This document shows, piece by piece, positions 10,515 through 19,430 of a stretch of 35,604 nt of DNA; positions within the stretch are counted from its first letter, which is position 1; each line of letters begins with the position of its first letter. Source of the stretch: a bacterium (GTDB lineage: Bacteria > Bacillota_I > Bacilli_A > RFN20 > DUOZ01). The notes beneath the pieces are model-generated. The model saw nothing but the letters and a program-made list of their open reading frames with translations, searched no databases and was not told the origin of the DNA. The translations under genes were made by a program, and so were the position numbers. The stretch covers positions 1 through 35,604 of the forward strand of contig DUOZ01000100.1 in NCBI GenBank assembly GCA_012838555.1, in the 5' to 3' direction.

Positions 10515-11329
10515 AATTCATTCACCAACATTTCTTCACTATTACAATTACTAACTTCTATTTCGTGTTTAGCTAGTTCATTTCTTAATTTATAAACAAA
10601 AGGAATATCTAAATCAATCGCTATTAACTTTTCTTCTTGCAAGAATATATCATTACTATTACCTTGATAATAGATTTCACCTTGATTTAAAACAATAATT
10701 TCATCCGCACCTAAGGCTTCTTCGACATCATGAGTAATTGAAATTACCGTTAATTCTGGATATAATTCCCTCATTTTGCGTGTTAACTCAATGATTTCTT
10801 TTTTACCTTTAGGATCTAACATGGATGTCGCTTCATCTAAAATGACAATTTTAGGTGTCATTGCTAAAACTCCAGCGATGGCAACTCTTTGTTTTTGACC
10901 ACCCGAAAGGAGGGTAGGTTCTTTATCTAAATAATCTTCCATACCTACCTTTTTAGCGTATTCATTAATAATATCATCCATCTTAATTTGAGGGACACAT
11001 CTATTTTCTAAACCAAAAGCAATATCATCTCTAACAGTCGCTCCAATAAATTGATTATCAGGGTTTTGAAAGACAACTCCAATTTTTGAACGAATCTCTC
11101 TTAAATTTTCTTCATTTAAGATAAGACCATCAACAATAATTTCTCCACTTTGTGAAGGCAATAATCCAATGATGAGTTTAGCTAATGTTGATTTACCACT
11201 ACCATTATGACCTAAAATCGCCGTATAACTTCCCCTTTTAATACATAAAGAGATATTTTTTAAAACTTCATCGTTTTCTTCATAAGAGAAAAATAAATCT
11301 TTTATTTCAATAATCATTTCACTCATCAT
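10505..11329 (-). CDS. ecfA1: ECF transporter ATPase A1
   Basis: GHNGSGKST, VFQNPDNQFIGATV, LSGGQKQRVAIAG, DEATSMLDP; RBS AAGGAGG. Confidence 0.95.
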   Translation of the reverse strand: MMSEMIIEIKDLFFSYEENDEVLKNISLCIKRGSYTAILGHNGSGKSTLAKLIIGLLPSQSGEIIVDGLILNEENLREIRSKIGVVFQNPDNQFIGATVRDDIAFGLENRCVPQIKMDDIINEYAKKVGMEDYLDKEPTLLSGGQKQRVAIAGVLAMTPKIVILDEATSMLDPKGKKEIIELTRKMRELYPELTVISITHDVEEALGADEIIVLNQGEIYYQGNSNDIFLQEEKLIAIDLDIPFVYKLRNELAKHEIEVSNCNSEEMLVNELCQ

Positions 11330-11353
11330 ATTGCCTCCTTACACAACTACTTT

Positions 11354-11381
11354 ATTTTACTATAAAGAAATTAACTGTCAA
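11354..11381 (-). promoter_or_regulatory. SigA-type promoter of the ecfA1 operon
   Basis: TTGACA (11381-11376), 16 nt spacer, TAAAAT (11359-11354). Confidence 0.65.
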
Positions 11382-11496
11382 TTAATCTCATCAATATTTT
11401 CACCTGCATAACAATTAATATTATAACTTATACCATCCTTAATTTAAACAATTATAATTGTATGACTTTTCTGTATCATTAATAAAACTTAATCAA

Positions 11497-11520
11497 TAAA
11501 AAAATCCTCACTAGGAGGAA
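11497..11520 (-). terminator. intrinsic terminator after cwlD
   Basis: minus strand TCCTC-CTAGT-GAGGA-TTTTTTT. Confidence 0.65.
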
Positions 11521-11522
11521 CA

Positions 11523-12224
11523 TTAACTTAGCTCTAGATAATTTATAATTCCTTTAATTATTTTATTAACTAAAGTATATTGATAATTTTCATTAGTTAA
11601 CTTTTTACGATCTTGATAATTACTAATAAAACCACATTCAACAATAACACCAGGATAAATTGAATTATTCGTTAAATAATAATCACCACTTTTAGCTACC
11701 TTATTTTTCTTATTTAAATCATTTAATGAATCTTGTAAACAATTGGCTAACAGCTTACCTTTTTCATTTCTTCTATTATAAAAAACCTGAGCACCACTTA
11801 CATTAGGATTAGGAAAATAGTTTAAATGAATACTTACAAATAAATCTGGACTCGTTGAATTAATATAACTAACTCTTTTTCTCATATCTTCATCTTTTCT
11901 GTTTCTAGCATAAAAACTAGCTAAATCATAATCACCATTCCTGCTAATATAAGCAATCGCACCAAATTCAACTAACTTTTCATATAATTTCTTTGCAACA
12001 CTTAAATTAATCTCATCTTCTAAAATTTCTTCCCAAGATGTTCCGTTATCATGACCACCATGACCTGGATCAACAAAAATGACTTTTCCATTTAAAAGAT
12101 AATAAGAATCATTATTAACATTAGCATTTAAATAATACCGATTAAAAGAAATAATAATAGCGAGTAATGTAACTACTACAACTGTAGGATAAGTTAAAAC
12201 TGATAATATTTTTTGTTTATTCAT
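11523..12224 (-). CDS. cwlD: CwlD-like N-acetylmuramoyl-L-alanine amidase (Amidase_3; spore cortex muramic delta-lactam synthesis)
   Basis: N-terminal TM; LNGKVIFVDPGHGG, DYDLA..RKDEDMRKRV, SIHLN, SGAQVFY and VECGFISN resemble B. subtilis CwlD; lies downstream of rpsI as in Bacilli. ATG 12224 has an RBS overlapping the upstream TGA. Confidence 0.8.
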   Translation of the reverse strand: MNKQKILSVLTYPTVVVVTLLAIIISFNRYYLNANVNNDSYYLLNGKVIFVDPGHGGHDNGTSWEEILEDEINLSVAKKLYEKLVEFGAIAYISRNGDYDLASFYARNRKDEDMRKRVSYINSTSPDLFVSIHLNYFPNPNVSGAQVFYNRRNEKGKLLANCLQDSLNDLNKKNKVAKSGDYYLTNNSIYPGVIVECGFISNYQDRKKLTNENYQYTLVNKIIKGIINYLELS

Positions 12225-12228
12225 AAAA

Positions 12229-12717
12229 TCACCCAAGAACTTTAATACTAACTAGATTACTAAATTGTTCTAAATTAATTAACATTTCATTATCATAAAA
12301 AGAATAAGTAACTAAGGCTTGCGAAAAAGTTTGATTACTCGAGGAAGGAAATACCTTACACATGAAAACAATATTAATTGTTTCATATGTTGCTAAAGAG
12401 CCTATATAAATACCATTGCGCAAATCACCTTTTTTATAAAGTCGTTTATTAACATAAACCGAGGTGATAATTGGGATTAAATTTTCAGAAAAATTAAAGA
12501 AGACTTTGGTGTTAACTAAAGCTTTTCTTCCTAGATTATGAATATTTAAATTAAAAGTACAAGGTTCTCCTGCATAAGCACTATTTTTAAAACATTCATA
12601 ATCAACCATTAAATTATGACTAAGGAGTTCAACTTCAACATCATTAGAACTTATTTTCCTAATCTTATTAAAGTCCTTATACGTTACAATTGAACGATTT
12701 TTAACTAGTTTATCCAT
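12229..12717 (-). CDS. protein with a single DUF11-like repeat, no signal peptide
   Basis: SNDVEV..AYAGEPCTFNLNIHNLG..SVYVN..GIYIGSL..SNLVSI follows the repeat pattern of the divergent neighbour. Confidence 0.6.
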   Translation of the reverse strand: MDKLVKNRSIVTYKDFNKIRKISSNDVEVELLSHNLMVDYECFKNSAYAGEPCTFNLNIHNLGRKALVNTKVFFNFSENLIPIITSVYVNKRLYKKGDLRNGIYIGSLATYETINIVFMCKVFPSSSNQTFSQALVTYSFYDNEMLINLEQFSNLVSIKVLG

Positions 12718-12811
12718 ATCGACACCTCTAATTAATGATATTAATTACCTAGATTAAAAATGTTAATAATTATTATCCTTATTTAATATCATTTAATGAA
12801 GGAGTGAAACT

Positions 12812-13975
12812 ATGGAAGAAAAAAAGCAAATTATCGCTTCATGCGCCTATGCTAGGTATGACTATGAAATCAAAAGTAATGAAAAGAGCGAAAGTCACAC
12901 ACGGTCTAATAATATAGTCGTTGATATAATTTCTCCACAAATTGAATTAGTTAAAACGATTATAAGTCCAATTGAAGTTAACCAAGATTTTCTAACGTAT
13001 AAACTAGTCATTGAAAATGAAGGAAATATTGAAATAACTAATATTGAAGTTTCTAACCCACATAACGATAATTTACTATTTAAAAAAGGATCACTCACAA
13101 TTGATGGAAAATTAACTGATTTTGATATTTTTAAAGGTTTTAATATCTCTAAACTAAGACCTAAACAAAGATTAATTATTATTTATGATTCCATCATTAA
13201 AAAAGATACCCCTACTTATAAAGTACCTAATCTAACAACCTTAAAATATGATTATAAATTAAACGGGGCTCTTATAAGTGAAACAAAAGTATCTAATACT
13301 GTTTATGCTGATATTTTAGTAGAATTAATTACAATTAATAAGACATCAAATAAAAATGTCGCTTCATGTCAAGATTTAGTCACCATTACAACGATTATCC
13401 AAAACTTAGGAAACACTTCTTTAAAAGACATTCATGTTGAAGAATTTGGTAATAACAATTATGAAGTAGTTGAAAATTCTATATTTATAAACGGAATCCT
13501 TTCTAATCAAAAATCTCCAGATATAATTAACATTCCTTTAATTAAAGAAAATTCACAAGTGATTATTACTTATGATATAAGAACACCAAAACCACCACTT
13601 AAGGACGATGAAATTAACATTGAATCAATTTTAACTTATAAAAGTAATAATGAATTAAAATCTATAACATCAAATAAAGTAATTGTTAATATTAAATACG
13701 CTTACTTAGTCGTCACAAAAACAGTCGATAAATTAAAAGCTAGAAGTGGTGAACAATTAACGTATTTAATTGAAATTAAAAACCAAGGAAATGTTAAAGC
13801 ATCTAATATCTTCTTCAATGATATCATCGCAGAAGGGATGAAGTTTATTTATGGCACATTAAAAGTAAACGATGTAATTAAAGGAGATTTAAATCCCACG
13901 ATTGGTTTTTTCTTAGATGATATCGATGCAAGTGAAAGTGTTCTAATTAGTTATCAAGTAGATATTGTTATATAA
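12812..13975 (+). CDS. DUF11 repeat protein (about 3 repeats), no signal peptide
   Basis: three SNxV..K...TYxxxIxNxGN..N..GSLxIxG units, e.g. VTKTVDKLKARSGEQLTYLIEIKNQGNVKASNIFFND; RBS AAGGAG. Confidence 0.8.
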   Translation: MEEKKQIIASCAYARYDYEIKSNEKSESHTRSNNIVVDIISPQIELVKTIISPIEVNQDFLTYKLVIENEGNIEITNIEVSNPHNDNLLFKKGSLTIDGKLTDFDIFKGFNISKLRPKQRLIIIYDSIIKKDTPTYKVPNLTTLKYDYKLNGALISETKVSNTVYADILVELITINKTSNKNVASCQDLVTITTIIQNLGNTSLKDIHVEEFGNNNYEVVENSIFINGILSNQKSPDIINIPLIKENSQVIITYDIRTPKPPLKDDEINIESILTYKSNNELKSITSNKVIVNIKYAYLVVTKTVDKLKARSGEQLTYLIEIKNQGNVKASNIFFNDIIAEGMKFIYGTLKVNDVIKGDLNPTIGFFLDDIDASESVLISYQVDIVI

Positions 13976-14007
13976 AAGAAAAACGCCAGAGTAATCTGAC
14001 GTTTTTT
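13976..14007. terminator. terminator between convergent DUF11 gene and rpsI, probably bidirectional
   Basis: minus strand AAAAACGTCAGA-TTAC-TCTGGCGTTTTT (fully paired with one G-U); A/T tracts on both sides. Confidence 0.8.
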
Positions 14008-14017
14008 AATAAGCTTC

Positions 14018-14425
14018 CTAACGTTTTGAGAATTGAGGAGCACGACGAGCGCCTTTAAGACCGTATTTCTTACGTTCTTTAGCTCTAGGGTCTCTAGTTA
14101 ACATACCAGCTTTTTTAAGAACTGGACGATAATCTAAACTAGCTTCATTTAAAGCACGAGCAATACCTAAACGGATTGCACCAGCTTGTCCTGTGAATCC
14201 TCCACCTGAAACATTAACACGGACATCAAAAGCTGCTTCTGTTTGAGTCAATGTAAGAGGCTGTTTTAAGTCCATTACTAGTGTCTCATAAGGCATATAA
14301 TCATTAACATCACGGCCATTAACGGTAATTTTACCAGTACCCGGAGTTAAAATGACACGAGCAGTAGATCTCTTACGGCGTCCAAGACCTCTATATTGAA
14401 CTATTGTTTTCTTTCTTGCTGCCAT
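14018..14425 (-). CDS. rpsI: 30S ribosomal protein S9
   Basis: [48 protein letters not shown]; ATG 14425 lies 8 nt after RBS AGGAGGT. Confidence 0.98.
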   Translation of the reverse strand: MAARKKTIVQYRGLGRRKRSTARVILTPGTGKITVNGRDVNDYMPYETLVMDLKQPLTLTQTEAAFDVRVNVSGGGFTGQAGAIRLGIARALNEASLDYRPVLKKAGMLTRDPRAKERKKYGLKGARRAPQFSKR

Positions 14426-14438
14426 TTTCACTTACCTC

Positions 14439-14879
14439 CTACTCAATATCAAGCACTTGTGGATTTTGTGCTGCATGTTTATGTTCATTACCTTCATAAA
14501 CAAAAAGTTTTTTATAAATTTTTCTTCCAAGTCTTCCTTTAGGTAACATACCCCAAACGACTCTTTCAATTAACTCAATTGGATATCTATCAATCATTGT
14601 TCTTGCTGAACGTTGTCTTAAACCACCTAAATAGCCAGAAACATTATAATACATTTTTTGGTCTAATTTGTTATTTCCATTTAAAACAACTTCCTTAGCA
14701 TTAATAATGATTACATAATCACCGCAATCAAGATGAGGAGTATAGAATGGTTTATTTTTACCGATTAAAATTTGTGACACTTGTGAAGCAAGACGTCCTA
14801 AAGTTTTTCCTTTAGCGTCAATTACATACCATTTACGTTCGATTTGATCAGGTTTGATCATAGTTGTTTGACGTTGCAT
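14439..14879 (-). CDS. rplM: 50S ribosomal protein L13
   Basis: RKWYVIDAKGKTLGRLAS, YTPHLDCGDYVIIINA, GMLPKGRLG, HKHAAQNP. Confidence 0.98.
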   Translation of the reverse strand: MQRQTTMIKPDQIERKWYVIDAKGKTLGRLASQVSQILIGKNKPFYTPHLDCGDYVIIINAKEVVLNGNNKLDQKMYYNVSGYLGGLRQRSARTMIDRYPIELIERVVWGMLPKGRLGRKIYKKLFVYEGNEHKHAAQNPQVLDIE

Positions 14880-14889
14880 AATTTTCCTC

Positions 14890-14940
14890 CTTACTACATT
14901 GTAGTTGTACCGGGGCTACAATAATAGCAATAGTGCCGAC
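14890..14940 (-). ncRNA. L13 leader, putative autoregulatory cis element
   Basis: 5' UTR hairpin GCTATTATTGTAG-CCCCGGTACAA-CTACAATGTAGT directly before the RBS; I recall a CCCCGG loop as typical of Firmicute rplM leaders. Confidence 0.7.
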
Positions 14941-14944
14941 TTAT

Positions 14945-14973
14945 ATATTATAACTTATAATATAAAATGTCAA
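14945..14973 (-). promoter_or_regulatory. SigA-type promoter of rplM-rpsI
   Basis: TTGACA (14973-14968) with TAATAT at 17 nt (overlapping TATAAT at 15 nt). Confidence 0.7.
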
Positions 14974-15004
14974 TCATTTTTGCTCTTATCTACATGTATT
15001 TTCT

Positions 15005-15283
15005 TTAATAATCATAATCTTCTTCTTGAAAGTGTAACTCAATAATTGTGACACCTTTATTTAATAAATCTGGTCTAACATTTCTTACATAAGGAGAATT
15101 AATGATTTCATCACTTTCTCTAATCGCTGTTTTAATTGCATCTCCTTTATTATAACCATGAATAACTCTAACTTCAAAGTCATAATTAAAGTAGGCTCTT
15201 TCGATTGCATATAAAATTCTAGTGATAGCTTTTTCAACACTTAATCCATGAACATTAATTTCTTGAATCTTTGTTTTTTGCAT
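15005..15283 (-). CDS. stand-alone Smr (MutS2 C-terminal-like) domain protein
   Basis: EINVHGLSVEKA..VRVIHGYNKG..IKTAIR..NKGVTIIEL; the start is uncertain (ATG 15283 chosen, ORF open to 15310); overlaps the typA 3' end. Confidence 0.8.
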   Translation of the reverse strand: MQKTKIQEINVHGLSVEKAITRILYAIERAYFNYDFEVRVIHGYNKGDAIKTAIRESDEIINSPYVRNVRPDLLNKGVTIIELHFQEEDYDY

Positions 15284-17090
15284 TTTCGTGTCGTTTCCTT
15301 TCATTAGCATTTAATATTTTCTTTCTTAAACGAAATGTTTTAGGAGTTATTTCCACTAATTCATCGCTATTAATATAATCAAGTGCACTTTCTAAAGTAA
15401 ATAAGCGTGGTTTCCTTAAGACAACCGTATGGTCTTTAGAAGCTGAACGCATATTTGTTAATTGTTTAGTTTGACAAGGATTTACTGTTAAATCAGTATC
15501 ATAACTATTCTCTCCCACAATCATACCTTCATATACCATTGTTCCAGGTGTAATAAACATCACACCTCGATCTTCGATTTTTTCTAAAGCATAAGCAGTA
15601 GATTGACCGTTAGCCATCGAAATAAGCACACCATTAACTCTTTCACCATAACTAACTCCTTTATAAGGACGGTACTCTTTAAATGTATGAGCGATAATAC
15701 CGTATCCTTTCGTTAATGTTAAAAAATCTGAGACAAAACCAATTAAACCCCTTGAAGGAATGATATATTCAGCGCGAACTTGATTTTCAAAGTTAATCAT
15801 ATTCACTAATTCTGCACCTCTAGGTCCTAAAGCTTCCATAACTCCACCTAGAGATTCTTCAGGTGTTTCAATAAATAAAGACTCATATGGCTCACATTTA
15901 ACACCATCAATTTCTTTTATAATTACTTCTGGCTTTGAAACTTGAAGTTCAAAACCTTCTCGGCGCATATTTTCGATTAAAATAGAAAGATGAAGTTCTC
16001 CTCGACCAGAAACAATCCAAGATTCACTATTAGCAATTCTTTCTACTTTTAAACTAACATCTCTTTGCGTTTCTTTAAATAATCTCTCTTCTATTTTTCT
16101 TGCAGTCAATAAATCGCCATCAAGTCCTGCAAATGGAGAATTATTAGTATAAAAGGTCATTTGCATCGTTGGTTCATCAATATGAAGTTTAGGTAGAGGT
16201 AAATGAACATTTTCTTGATTAATTGTTTCACCGACATTAATATCATCTAAACCAGCAATAGCAATAATATCACCAGCATAAGCTTCTTCAATTTCAATTC
16301 TCTTTAATCCTAAATATCCATACAATTTTTGAATCCTAAACTTTTTAATTGTACCATCTAACCTAATACAATCAACCATTTGACCAACTCTTATTTTACC
16401 TTTAGCTATCCTACCAATCCCAATTCTTCCGACATAGTCATTGTAATCAAGTAAAGCAGGTTGAAATTGTAATGGTGATTCTATATCTATATCAGGAGAA
16501 GGAATTTCTTTAATAATAGTTTCAAAAACCGGATCCATTCCTTCTTTTTGAGTACTTACATCACTTGAATAACTAGAAGTTCCATGTAAAGCCGAAACAT
16601 AAAGAACAGGAAAATCTAACAAGTCATCACTAGCACCTAGATTAATAAATAATTCTAATGTTTCATCTACAGCTTTTTCAATATTAGCATTAGGTCGATC
16701 GACTTTATTAACTATAACGATAGGACGTAATTTAGCCTCTAGTGCCTTTTTTAAGACAAATCTTGTTTGAGGCATGGTTCCTTCATAAGCATCAACTACT
16801 AATAAAACCCCATCAACCATATGCATGATTCTTTCAACTTCACCACTAAAATCAGCATGTCCTGGAGTATCTAAAATATTTATTCGATAATCCTTATAAT
16901 TAATCGCAGTTGTTTTTGCTAATATTGTTATTCCTCGTTCTTTTTCAATCGCATTTGAATCCATTACTCGATCAGCAACTTCTTCATTTTCTCTAAAAGT
17001 TCCTGATTTTTTAAGCAACTGGTCAACCAAAGTTGTTTTTCCATGATCAACATGGGCAATAATTGCGACGTTTCTAATTTTTCTTTCCAT
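15255..17090 (-). CDS. typA: translational GTPase TypA/BipA
   Basis: RNVAIIAHVDHGKTTLVD, ERGITILAK, DTPGHADF, GRGELHLSILIENMRREG, DELVEITP. Confidence 0.98.
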   Translation of the reverse strand: MERKIRNVAIIAHVDHGKTTLVDQLLKKSGTFRENEEVADRVMDSNAIEKERGITILAKTTAINYKDYRINILDTPGHADFSGEVERIMHMVDGVLLVVDAYEGTMPQTRFVLKKALEAKLRPIVIVNKVDRPNANIEKAVDETLELFINLGASDDLLDFPVLYVSALHGTSSYSSDVSTQKEGMDPVFETIIKEIPSPDIDIESPLQFQPALLDYNDYVGRIGIGRIAKGKIRVGQMVDCIRLDGTIKKFRIQKLYGYLGLKRIEIEEAYAGDIIAIAGLDDINVGETINQENVHLPLPKLHIDEPTMQMTFYTNNSPFAGLDGDLLTARKIEERLFKETQRDVSLKVERIANSESWIVSGRGELHLSILIENMRREGFELQVSKPEVIIKEIDGVKCEPYESLFIETPEESLGGVMEALGPRGAELVNMINFENQVRAEYIIPSRGLIGFVSDFLTLTKGYGIIAHTFKEYRPYKGVSYGERVNGVLISMANGQSTAYALEKIEDRGVMFITPGTMVYEGMIVGENSYDTDLTVNPCQTKQLTNMRSASKDHTVVLRKPRLFTLESALDYINSDELVEITPKTFRLRKKILNANERKRHENAKNKDSRN

Positions 17091-17150
17091 TTTAACACCT
17101 TCTTATAACTTGGTAATTATAACACCAAATTATTTAGAATAAAAACTTTT

Positions 17151-18353
17151 TTAGGATAATTTTCTAATAATTGAGTGCTCTGCTAATTCAAAATCAACAT
17201 TAATATAATATAGTTTATCAGGTGTATTTGATATTTCTATCTTTTCACCTTCAAGTGTATAAATATCACCTAGATTAAACTTTCTAGTAATTCCACCTGG
17301 TGATAAAGTTTCAACTTCAATATTACTTGTGAAATAGTTGCGAGTTTTAATTAAAGCACGTCTATTCTCTTTATCATAACTTACAACAAACGCGATAAAG
17401 TCTTGATTTGGTTGCTTTGATTCATTTTCAAAAATTTGACCTTCATGAGTAACATCTCCACCAAAAAAACCACTACCCATCGCCCGATTTTCAAATCTAG
17501 ACATCTCTTGTTCATAATCTAGAAGTCGATTGTTACTAATTTGATAGTCACTTTCATAAATTTCATCTATTAATTTACGATAAAGACTAACAACAGTAGC
17601 AATATAATGATGAGATTTCATTCTTCCTTCAATCTTTAAACTATTGACGCCAATTCTAATTAAATCTTTAATATAATTAATTGACATTAAATCCTTTGAA
17701 GCAAATAAGAAATCCTCTTCACTTATTTTTTCCCCTTTATCTACTAAATCATAATGCCAACGACATGAATGTGCACATCCTCCACGATTAGCATCTCTAT
17801 TTGCCATATTATTAGATAAAACACATCTTCCAGAGAAAGCTGCACACATCCCTCCATGAATAAAGACTTCTAAAGCTACATCAGTATTATTTCTTAATTC
17901 TTCAATTTGATCTAAAGTTAATTCTCTAGCAAGAACAATTCGTTCTGCTCCAGCTTTTTTAAAGAATTCAATAGATGAAGTATTTGCAACTGATTGTTGA
18001 GTTGAGACATGGACTTCAAACTTACAACCTAATTTTCTAGCTGTGTCAATAATATGTAAAGAAGATACGATAATCGCATCAACACCAATTTTATCAAGTT
18101 CTAATAAATATTCTTCTAGACCTTCTAAGTCTTCATTTCTAGGATAGATATTAACAGTTATATAAACTTTTGAACCATGTTTATGAGCAAATTCTACCCC
18201 TTCTTTAATATCACTTAATTCAAAGTTACTTGCTTTAGCTCTTAAACTAAACTTTTTACCACCTATAAAAACAGCATCTGCTCCATATAAAACCGCAATT
18301 TTTAATTTCTCTAAATTACCAGCAGGTGCTAATAATTCTACTTTTTCTCTCAT
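17151..18353 (-). CDS. trhP1: peptidase U32 family tRNA U34 hydroxylation protein (TrhP/YrrO-like)
   Basis: ELLAPAGN, GADAVFIGG, HGGMCAAFSGRC..NRGGCAHSCRW Fe-S cysteines, SLKIEGRMKS. Confidence 0.8.
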   Translation of the reverse strand: MREKVELLAPAGNLEKLKIAVLYGADAVFIGGKKFSLRAKASNFELSDIKEGVEFAHKHGSKVYITVNIYPRNEDLEGLEEYLLELDKIGVDAIIVSSLHIIDTARKLGCKFEVHVSTQQSVANTSSIEFFKKAGAERIVLARELTLDQIEELRNNTDVALEVFIHGGMCAAFSGRCVLSNNMANRDANRGGCAHSCRWHYDLVDKGEKISEEDFLFASKDLMSINYIKDLIRIGVNSLKIEGRMKSHHYIATVVSLYRKLIDEIYESDYQISNNRLLDYEQEMSRFENRAMGSGFFGGDVTHEGQIFENESKQPNQDFIAFVVSYDKENRRALIKTRNYFTSNIEVETLSPGGITRKFNLGDIYTLEGEKIEISNTPDKLYYINVDFELAEHSIIRKLS

Positions 18354-18365
18354 TTTAAAAACCCC

Positions 18366-19241
18366 TTACTTATAAATACCTGTTTGATGGTGTAAGAAGC
18401 CAGTTGTAAAATCAACTTCTTTAAATTCTTCTTCAATTAATTTTTGATAATCACCATCAATACCGTTTAAAATCTTCTTATAATAATCTAGTGCATTTTT
18501 AACATGTTCTTTACTTAAAAAGATACTATCGATAATAAACATCTTTAAATCACTATTAACAATTTCCTTAAAATCATTTAGTGAAGACATACATCCATGA
18601 CTAAAGATATACGAGCCATTTTCATCTTCATAAATCGGATAGTATTCATTTCTTTTTTGTTCCTTTAATTTAAGTGTTCTCTTATTTTGATATTCATATT
18701 CTTGATTATATTTTTCAAAAAAGTTACGTAAAATTTTTCTTTTTGAATAAAACATATGTAAATAACCATGAATTATCATACCAAGATTACCCTTAACTAA
18801 CTTTGATGTCGTAATAATGTCTTCAAGGGGTAGTTCCTTAGATAAAATTACACCTTTTAATCCTTGATTAACAAAAAACTCACAATCTTTATGATTAACC
18901 ATTTGCGTTTCACTAAAATAAACTAATTTATCCTTAATACCTAGTTGTTCCCCCATAGTTATAACTCCTAGATCGGAAAAAAAGATACCATCAACATCAA
19001 TACTTTTTAACCAACTTAAGTAATTAAATAAGCCGTCTAACTCATCCTGTAAGAAAATCTTATTAACTAAAATATATAAACGTTTCCCTCTTTTACTTAC
19101 GATATCTTTTATTTCTAACGTTTCTTCTTTTGAAAAAACTCTATTTGTACGAACCCCGTATTTGTTTCCAATTAGGAAACTATCTGCATCTAGATTTTTA
19201 ATTTCATCTATCGATGAAGTTATAACAATTAAATCTTTCAT
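18366..19241 (-). CDS. trhP2: peptidase U32 family partner protein (YrrN-like)
   Basis: ILSKELPL, HGYLHMFYSKR, YPIYEDENGSYIF, FTTGFL; tandem with the YrrO-like gene; ATG 19241 follows RBS AAGGGAG. Confidence 0.7.
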   Translation of the reverse strand: MKDLIVITSSIDEIKNLDADSFLIGNKYGVRTNRVFSKEETLEIKDIVSKRGKRLYILVNKIFLQDELDGLFNYLSWLKSIDVDGIFFSDLGVITMGEQLGIKDKLVYFSETQMVNHKDCEFFVNQGLKGVILSKELPLEDIITTSKLVKGNLGMIIHGYLHMFYSKRKILRNFFEKYNQEYEYQNKRTLKLKEQKRNEYYPIYEDENGSYIFSHGCMSSLNDFKEIVNSDLKMFIIDSIFLSKEHVKNALDYYKKILNGIDGDYQKLIEEEFKEVDFTTGFLHHQTGIYK

Positions 19242-19430
19242 ATAGTCATCTCCCTTTAAGGTCAACATTTATAATTATAGCACCTACATATGCTTTCATC
19301 CAAGAATTTTACCTTGTCTATGAAGATATATACCTCATTGACTTTAATAAATTTCTTTCTACTGTTATTATTTACTTATAAAGCCGATTTGACATATAAT
19401 AAGTAATGTGTTTGATTGGAGGATTTTTTT

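Noticed and set aside
11379-11490. possible gene remnant on the minus strand (IKDGISYNINCYAGENIDEIN*) between cwlD and ecfA1
   Set aside because: Only about 21 codons, preceded by an in-frame stop, with no start or RBS; indistinguishable from chance.
12895-13098. 67 aa minus-strand ORF
   Set aside because: Antisense to the DUF11 gene, with no recognisable motif.
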